Virus record (IMG/VR): IMGVR_UViG_3300032320_002325
Location: 1 to 31,500 of that record
Strand: one strand, 5' to 3'
Length of the DNA: 31,500 bases
From: a virus
Taxonomy: Duplodnaviria > Caudoviricetes
Below the pieces are notes generated by a model. It saw only the letters and a program-made list of their open reading frames with translations, had not been told where the DNA came from and made no database searches. How positions within the stretch are numbered: position 1 is the stretch's first letter; each line of letters begins with the position of its first letter. The translations under genes and the position numbers were made by a program. Positions 25,910-31,500 of the stretch are shown piece by piece.

Positions 25910-27270
25910 TGTTCGCCAGTCCATTCATATTGTGTACCAGTAGTTATGTTTGTAACATACTGAGCAGCAGTTTCGTCGGCAGCCACAAACACCACACGCC
26001 AGCGTGTGCCATTCCATTCAATGATGTCGTTGGCGGAAGCAATCAATGGTTGACCTCCAGTGCCGTCCCAGGCAGTGGGATTATCTGAGTTGTCCCAATT
26101 GCCAGTGCTTTCTGTTAACAAATAACGCACACCAGTAACAGGTGTGGGCAATCCTGTGCCCGGACCGCTCACAAGTGGATTGATAATGGCATCAATTGGT
26201 GCCAGTGTGTTTTGTGGTGCTGTGTCTGGGTCAGGAGTAAAAATTACCAATCTATCATCGTCAGGATTGATAATGATAGTGCCAATGATTGGATTGGCAG
26301 TATCAGGTGCCGCAATAGGTGGGCGATTCAATCTAATCTGACTGATACCAGGTCGTAACACGCCATACGCCGAAATCACAGCAGGCCACAACAGCGGAGA
26401 GTCTGCCACAATAGCAGTGGGATCTAAATCTTCATAGCCACCATTGGGCACAATTGTGGGGTTGTATAACACTTGAATTTGATTGTCAATCACAACCAGT
26501 TTGTAGTTCCATGGTGTAAACATTTGTCGTGTGCCTAACAACAAATCATTGTTGGTAATAGCATCGGCAGCGTCACCTTGTGCGTCAAATATGCCTGCAA
26601 CAATGCGTTCTACCACACCCAGTTTTTTGATCTTGGCCGGAGATGAAATCCAGATGGGCATGGAGAATTTGATACTGGCAATGTCAATGGGATTTTCTGT
26701 ACCCATTGGGATGACCCTTGAGCTCCAGCTCAGCGATTCCAAATACATCACACTCAAACTTGACCAGTCAATGTAGTTGTCTGTGCTTTGCAGTTCTAGA
26801 GAAGGATTGAACAGTGTCAAAATTTGCTCAAGTAGCTGTAATTTCTGATTGGTGTTTGATGTCCAGATATCTAAGGTGACGCTTAGTTTATATGGCACAG
26901 GCATCAGTCGTTCAATAGTAAATGCATTGCCTTGTGTGGTTTCGTACGATTCTGTAGCTGAATCATATGTACGTTGGCGCACACTAAATCTATCCACAAA
27001 GGTAGGATCTTGTATGCGTGGACGATCGTATTCAAGATTGTTGATGTAAAAAGTCATCAGTGGTGTTGATGGCAATGAACTGGCTGAGTTTTCTTGAATG
27101 ATAGTCTGTGCATTGCGACTGGAATCGCCATACCGCACAGGCACCCGCAACAGAGTGGCCTTGTTTACACCGTCAGTTTCGTTGCCGTACTCAATTTGGA
27201 ATCCCGAAAAGATTCTGGTAAATTGCAGTAGGAACCTGCGTATTTGTGCGTCATAAAAAAATTGTTGCAT
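25852..27270 (-). CDS. gp15: Tail sheath stabilizer / tail terminator, T4 gp15-like, with C-terminal extension
   Basis: FFYDAQIRRFLLQF.RIFS, VPVRYG, PVPYKL...LDIWT..QKLQLLEQILTLFNP motifs; follows the gp14-like gene. Confidence 0.8.
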   Translation of the reverse strand: MQQFFYDAQIRRFLLQFTRIFSGFQIEYGNETDGVNKATLLRVPVRYGDSSRNAQTIIQENSASSLPSTPLMTFYINNLEYDRPRIQDPTFVDRFSVRQRTYDSATESYETTQGNAFTIERLMPVPYKLSVTLDIWTSNTNQKLQLLEQILTLFNPSLELQSTDNYIDWSSLSVMYLESLSWSSRVIPMGTENPIDIASIKFSMPIWISSPAKIKKLGVVERIVAGIFDAQGDAADAITNNDLLLGTRQMFTPWNYKLVVIDNQIQVLYNPTIVPNGGYEDLDPTAIVADSPLLWPAVISAYGVLRPGISQIRLNRPPIAAPDTANPIIGTIIINPDDDRLVIFTPDPDTAPQNTLAPIDAIINPLVSGPGTGLPTPVTGVRYLLTESTGNWDNSDNPTAWDGTGGQPLIASANDIIEWNGTRWRVVFVAADETAAQYVTNITTGTQYEWTGEQWIKSYQGVYPPGAWSLVL

Positions 27271-27272
27271 GT

Positions 27273-28631
27273 TTATCTTGAAAAAGGTGGTGGTGGGTTG
27301 GGTGGTAAGAAGCCGCCTTGGTCACCATTGTCTGCCTTGGGTTTGAGAGCTTGACTCAAACTCTGGCGCTGTGGTATAGCACCCAAGTCAGTGGTATTGG
27401 TAGTGTATGTATTGTTCACAAAGCCCGAGCGTTGAGTTTGGTTGGTTGATCCATTGTCCAAATTGGTGCGCACTTTTTCTTCGATCTTGATCCACATGCG
27501 ACCATTGTAGCGGAACAGTCTATTGGGTTTGTAATCCAATCGCAAGCAATAATCTCCGGCCACAGGGTTTGGAGGAAAGCTCACACCTGGAGTAACAGGC
27601 AAGCCGTTAGGAGCCTTACCGTCACCAGTGAGATATCCTGCTGTGTAGCCATCTGCTCGTGGTGTAACATTCATGCCACCTTGTGTGCCGTCTACAGTGG
27701 TGCCGCCCATGGTATACAAGCTGGTTGGGTTGGCAGGTTGTCCATCTTCTGTTGTGGCCACAACATAAAACTTTTCAACATCATATCCGCTGAGTGGAAC
27801 TTCCACATTGGCCTGAGCAAGAATGTCGTCGTTGATCTGTTGATCTTTGGGTCTGGTACTCTGCATGTCTGAGATTGTAGGCGGAGTATACGGAGCCCAA
27901 TATTCAGTGTTGGTAATGTCTGTGCCAGCAGGTGTATTTTTGATAGCACGATAATAAACATCACCATAGTTCACAATGCTGCCACCAGGATAGAAATCAC
28001 CCGGATCCCAAATGTATTCAGCCACAAACGGTTTGTCCAGTATGTTGTTGTATTCTTGTGCATTGGTCAGTGGTGTGGCCTTCACACGCCACAAGTGCGG
28101 CAACCAAGTTTGGCTGAAGCCTTCGGACGCAAAGTTGGCATCTTGGATAACATAGTATCTAGGCAAGGCCAATGGCAAGGCAGCATTTAGCGGATTGTAA
28201 TCTTTCAAATTAGGCACTTCAATCACGTCGCCGTTCATGAGTTTGCGACCAAATGTGTCAATCATGTCGTTGTAGTGGAATGTGATGAACAGGGTATCAG
28301 AGTTCAAAAACAATCCAAACTGAGTCAAGTCAAAGTCCACATCCTGCACACGATACACGCCGCGCATGACGTAGATATCTGGGTCATAGATTCTGTCGCG
28401 GTTTTCCAGCAACAGCAAGTCTTGGATGTTTAGCGGACTTTGAGTATCGTATGTGGGTTGAGTGATATCATAGTTGCCTGAAAGTGCAGAGTCGTCACCA
28501 CCAGTTTGAGGGCCCATGTATTTGTGAACATAGATATCCAATCCTCCCACAGTGTACATTTCACTGATGGTGCGGTCCAGAAATTGGTAATCTCTTGTGC
28601 GATTTGGGCGGTATAAACTTAGACGTGGCAT
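27273..28631 (-). CDS. gp14: Neck / head-closure protein, T4 gp14-like
   Basis: DLLLLENRDRIYD, LTQFGLFL..DTLFITFH and GDVIEVP motifs; adjacent to the gp15-like gene. Confidence 0.7.
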   Translation of the reverse strand: MPRLSLYRPNRTRDYQFLDRTISEMYTVGGLDIYVHKYMGPQTGGDDSALSGNYDITQPTYDTQSPLNIQDLLLLENRDRIYDPDIYVMRGVYRVQDVDFDLTQFGLFLNSDTLFITFHYNDMIDTFGRKLMNGDVIEVPNLKDYNPLNAALPLALPRYYVIQDANFASEGFSQTWLPHLWRVKATPLTNAQEYNNILDKPFVAEYIWDPGDFYPGGSIVNYGDVYYRAIKNTPAGTDITNTEYWAPYTPPTISDMQSTRPKDQQINDDILAQANVEVPLSGYDVEKFYVVATTEDGQPANPTSLYTMGGTTVDGTQGGMNVTPRADGYTAGYLTGDGKAPNGLPVTPGVSFPPNPVAGDYCLRLDYKPNRLFRYNGRMWIKIEEKVRTNLDNGSTNQTQRSGFVNNTYTTNTTDLGAIPQRQSLSQALKPKADNGDQGGFLPPNPPPPFSR

Positions 28632-28637
28632 AGCATA

Positions 28638-28643
28638 TATTTA
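28638..28643 (-). promoter_or_regulatory. Late promoter core (CA)TAAATA for the gp14-gp15-Nudix operon, likely leaderless
   Basis: 6 nt before the minus-strand ATG at 28631; no SD. Confidence 0.6.
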
Positions 28644-28651
28644 TGGGCAGG

Positions 28652-28680
28652 TTGACCAATAATTCCTAATCTGTTATACT
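28652..28680 (+). promoter_or_regulatory. Sigma70-type early promoter
   Basis: TTGACC-N17-TATACT with extended -10 TG; ATG 6 nt downstream. Confidence 0.8.
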
Positions 28681-28686
28681 TTGGGA

Positions 28687-28956
28687 ATGAAAGTAGTTCG
28701 ACTAGACAACAGATTCCGACAATTCAAACAGCATGGGCATGTGATTGCTGTGCGATGTGATTCATGGCTGGGGGAAGGCACATCTTTTGAACAAATATGC
28801 AAAGCCAAACTGGGAGGCCAAGGTTACATGCCTACTAACGACTGGCATGCTTACTTTGGCAAAAACAACGGCCGCGCCAATCGTCCATTCTGGATCTCCT
28901 TCCGTAGGGAATCAGATCTTACTTTAGTACTACTTTCTGCCAACTTGACCAAATAA
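28687..28956 (+). CDS. Hypothetical early protein
   Basis: 89 aa from ATG 28687 (MKVVRLDNRF...WISFRRESDLTLVLL), directly behind a sigma70 promoter. Confidence 0.65.
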   Translation: MKVVRLDNRFRQFKQHGHVIAVRCDSWLGEGTSFEQICKAKLGGQGYMPTNDWHAYFGKNNGRANRPFWISFRRESDLTLVLLSANLTK

Positions 28957-28973
28957 TCAAGATCTGCTATAAT
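28945..28973 (+). promoter_or_regulatory. Sigma70-type early promoter
   Basis: TTGACC-N17-TATAAT with extended -10 TG. Confidence 0.85.
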
Positions 28974-29000
28974 ACACACTTGTTCACTACAGGAGTCTGT

Positions 29001-29288
29001 ATGAAAAAGGCAGCAAATTTTGTTGCAAAGTACTCTACTGCAAACAAGTCCAAGGCTGTACTGCCCTATGACAAAATAAAAGCCACGGAAAAATGGCTGG
29101 AGTACAGTTTGGACATTGTTGACATGAATAAAATTTTAATGACGTCAGACTTTAACACCAAATGGCAGTTAATGGAGGCGCTGGACATTGCAGAGCGCAA
29201 ACGCAAATACATGTACAATCATAAAAACTTTAACCTCAAACGTGCCATGCAATTGTTTGAACTCTGTAAAGATTTAACTGCAAAATAA
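29001..29288 (+). CDS. Hypothetical basic early protein
   Basis: 95 aa from ATG 29001; AGGAG SD at 28991-28995. Confidence 0.7.
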   Translation: MKKAANFVAKYSTANKSKAVLPYDKIKATEKWLEYSLDIVDMNKILMTSDFNTKWQLMEALDIAERKRKYMYNHKNFNLKRAMQLFELCKDLTAK

Positions 29289-29300
29289 GTAAGGACACAC

Positions 29301-30434
29301 ATGAGTACCACATTCAAAATCAAACTGCTAAACCCCCGCAGTTCTGACACCAACATCCTGGGTATGGAGCCCACTTGGCAGATTCAGCCCACTGAGTATC
29401 GAGCCAGTAGACTGAGCAAAGCGTTCTCTTGGTACAACTATTTCTACGGCAAAAAAGATGCCCGGGACATGATTGTGAACTATTTGGAAGCACATGACCG
29501 ACGGGATGATGTGCGTTTGCTGAAAGGCATTCCGGACTCAGCAATTCGACTGACCACAGGTTGGCTGTGCCGCATGACCATGGTGGGCTTGGAACTGTCG
29601 GATGCAGAACAGCTCAAACTGGAAAATCAACTGAGAGAAATACTGGACAGCAAGCAGACTGAAGTGACAGAAGTCACAGAAGAGCCCACTGTGGCCAAAC
29701 CCAATATCCAGGACCGACTGCGCGAAAAAGCGTCAGAGTGCAATGGCGAACTGGACGGCATGTTTGACGAATTTATGTTGAGCGGTGCCAAAATGACCGC
29801 GGACTTCAAGCCTGTCACAATCATGCGTGGGTTAAATGTGGCACCGCAAATGATCAGCCAAATTGCTGATAACTGGAAACGCAAACTCACAGAGTTTGAA
29901 GCAGTGGCGGAGGGCAAAGATGCACAATTGGTGGAAGCATACAGTTATCTCAGCAAAATACAACTTCGCAATGTCATAAAGTTTTGCGAAGCTGTGGTCA
30001 ATGACTGCGGTGCGTATGTGCAGATCAAAAAAGTGGAACGCAAGCCACGTAAAGTCAAGGCAGTGCCACCTGAGAAGCGAGCAGCCAAGTTCAAGATTCT
30101 CACAGAGTTTGCAGAACTCAAACTCAAGGGCCAACCGGCCGCAAGCCTTGTGGACAAAACAGAAGCCTGGTTGTATGACAGCAAAAAGCGCAAGCTCATT
30201 CACCTTGTGGCAGACAGCCACACACAATCATTTACAGTTAAGAACAACTCCGTCATTGGGTTCTCAACTGTGGAAACCATGCAAAAGACTCTGCGCAAGC
30301 CAGCAGAACAGCTCAAAGGCATTATAGGTGCAGGCAAACCGGCTGCCCGCAAAGCGTTCAAGGATATTAAAGCCACGGAAACTGCATGGAATGCCCGTGG
30401 CACAGAGAACTTGATCATACTCAAGAGTTGGTAA
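29301..30434 (+). CDS. Hypothetical phage protein (basic C-terminal domain)
   Basis: 377-aa ORF with AAGGA SD; WYNYFY, PNIQDRLRE and QKTLRKP motifs; function not recognised. Confidence 0.8.
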   Translation: MSTTFKIKLLNPRSSDTNILGMEPTWQIQPTEYRASRLSKAFSWYNYFYGKKDARDMIVNYLEAHDRRDDVRLLKGIPDSAIRLTTGWLCRMTMVGLELSDAEQLKLENQLREILDSKQTEVTEVTEEPTVAKPNIQDRLREKASECNGELDGMFDEFMLSGAKMTADFKPVTIMRGLNVAPQMISQIADNWKRKLTEFEAVAEGKDAQLVEAYSYLSKIQLRNVIKFCEAVVNDCGAYVQIKKVERKPRKVKAVPPEKRAAKFKILTEFAELKLKGQPAASLVDKTEAWLYDSKKRKLIHLVADSHTQSFTVKNNSVIGFSTVETMQKTLRKPAEQLKGIIGAGKPAARKAFKDIKATETAWNARGTENLIILKSW

Positions 30435-30458
30435 ATATAGGGACACGGAGTCCCTATG
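30432..30458 (+). promoter_or_regulatory. Late promoter overlapping a hairpin that sequesters the start region
   Basis: TAAATA at 30432-30437. Stem ATAGGGAC (30437-44)/GTCCCTAT (30450-57) encloses GGAG and pairs the ATG at 30456. Confidence 0.75.
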
Positions 30459-31223
30459 GCAGAACAGCAAGACACACTTTCTCAGCTCAAGCAAAATCTC
30501 ATTGAGTATGTACAGCTTCAGCTGGGCAGTCAAATCATTGATTTGGAACTAGACCCAGCACACTACGAAGCCGCGTATGCCAAAACAATTGGCACTTATC
30601 GACAGCGAGCACAAAACGCCTACGAGGAAAGCTACAGTTTTTTTACCTTGGTCAAGGACGAAAACATCTACACACTGCCGCAAGAAGTTGTGAGTGTGCG
30701 TCAATGCTTCCGCAGAACTTTTGGTGATTCCACTGGACCGTTTGCATCAAACTTTGATCCGTTTGCACAGGCATCAATAAATGTTTATTTGATGAACTTC
30801 AACGTAGCCGGCGGTCTTGCCACGTACGACTTCTACAGCCAGTACGTTGAGTTGGCAGGCCGAATGTTTGGAGCCTATTTCAATTACACATTCAATCCTG
30901 TTACCAAGAAGCTACAGTTGATCCGTGATCCAAAGAACACCGGCGAAGCTGTGCTGATTTGGACTTATAACTTGAAGCCTGAAATCAATCTTCTTAGCGA
31001 CTTCCAAATCCAACAATGGATCAAAGACTACATGGTTGCCAACTGCAAAATGATCATTGGTGAAGCCCGTGAAAAGTTTGGCACCATTGCTGGACCACAG
31101 GGTGGCGGCACCCTAAATGGCACTGCCATGAAAGCCGAAGCCAAAACAGCCATGGACGAGCTGCTTGGCCAACTGGTTAATTATGTGGATGCTTCGCAGC
31201 CGTTGACTTGGGTAATTGGTTAA
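30456..31223 (+). CDS. gp13: Neck / head-tail adaptor protein, T4 gp13-like
   Basis: L.LG..IIDLEL N-terminus, WIKDY..A..K..IGEAREKF and GPQGGGTLNG motifs. Confidence 0.8.
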   Translation: MAEQQDTLSQLKQNLIEYVQLQLGSQIIDLELDPAHYEAAYAKTIGTYRQRAQNAYEESYSFFTLVKDENIYTLPQEVVSVRQCFRRTFGDSTGPFASNFDPFAQASINVYLMNFNVAGGLATYDFYSQYVELAGRMFGAYFNYTFNPVTKKLQLIRDPKNTGEAVLIWTYNLKPEINLLSDFQIQQWIKDYMVANCKMIIGEAREKFGTIAGPQGGGTLNGTAMKAEAKTAMDELLGQLVNYVDASQPLTWVIG

Positions 31224-31230
31224 CACTCAG

Positions 31231-31259
31231 TAGACAACCAGTCATAAATCTGTTATAAT
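31231..31259 (+). promoter_or_regulatory. Sigma70-type early promoter
   Basis: TAGACA-N17-TATAAT with extended -10 TG; ATG 6 nt downstream. Confidence 0.75.
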
Positions 31260-31265
31260 CATCAA

Positions 31266-31500
31266 ATGGACGTGATGATTGACATTGAGGGCTTGGGAAC
31301 AGGCCCTGACACTACTATTCTTACCATTGCCGCACAGGCATTTGATCCGTTTGGCTCTGGCTATTACGAGCAATCATACTATGCCAGGATCACCCTGGAA
31401 AGCCAAGAAACTCGTAGCATACAGCAAGGCACAATAGAGTGGTTGGCCACGCAACCTGCTGTGGTGCGAGACGAAGCCTTTGCCGAAGAAGACCGTATAC
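31266..31500 (+). CDS. DEDD 3'-5' exonuclease (Rv2179c/DexA-like), partial
   Basis: MDVMIDIEGLGTGPDTTILTIAAQAFDP...TIEWLATQP; Exo I DxE motif; runs off the window end and is absent from the ORF track. Confidence 0.8.
   Translation, partial: MDVMIDIEGLGTGPDTTILTIAAQAFDPFGSGYYEQSYYARITLESQETRSIQQGTIEWLATQPAVVRDEAFAEEDRI

Noticed and set aside
1-31500. Alternative genetic code / stop-codon reassignment
   Set aside because: Core genes (portal, protease, capsid, neck) are full-length in the standard code and coding density is high.

Overview
Virion morphogenesis region of a large T4-like (myovirus) dsDNA phage, standard genetic code, with no cellular genes. Left to right: the 3' end of a probable GIY-YIG/SegE-like gene; a ~390-nt non-coding stretch rich in stems and pseudoknots; a minus-strand operon (gp26-like hub protein with a likely -1 frameshift extension, then DUF1415-like, aminoacyl-tRNA-protein-transferase-like and Dabb-like genes); a tape-measure-like protein with an M15 peptidase domain; portal, protease, scaffold and major capsid genes; an accessory block (fatty acid desaturase, TPR glycosyltransferase, Maf-like transferase); four Gly/Asn/Thr/Ser-repeat fibre genes; Nudix, gp15-like and gp14-like genes; a sigma70-driven three-gene island; a gp13-like neck gene; and the start of a DEDD exonuclease. 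Best leads: (1) a putative virion glycosylation system, (2) the ornate ncRNA candidate at 90-472, (3) the coupled aminoacyl-transferase cassette, (4) the slippery site at the end of gp26, (5) a regulatory layer of TAA[A/G/C]TA late promoters, leaderless starts and RBS-hiding hairpins. All family assignments come from motif recognition by eye; no searches or folding programs were run.
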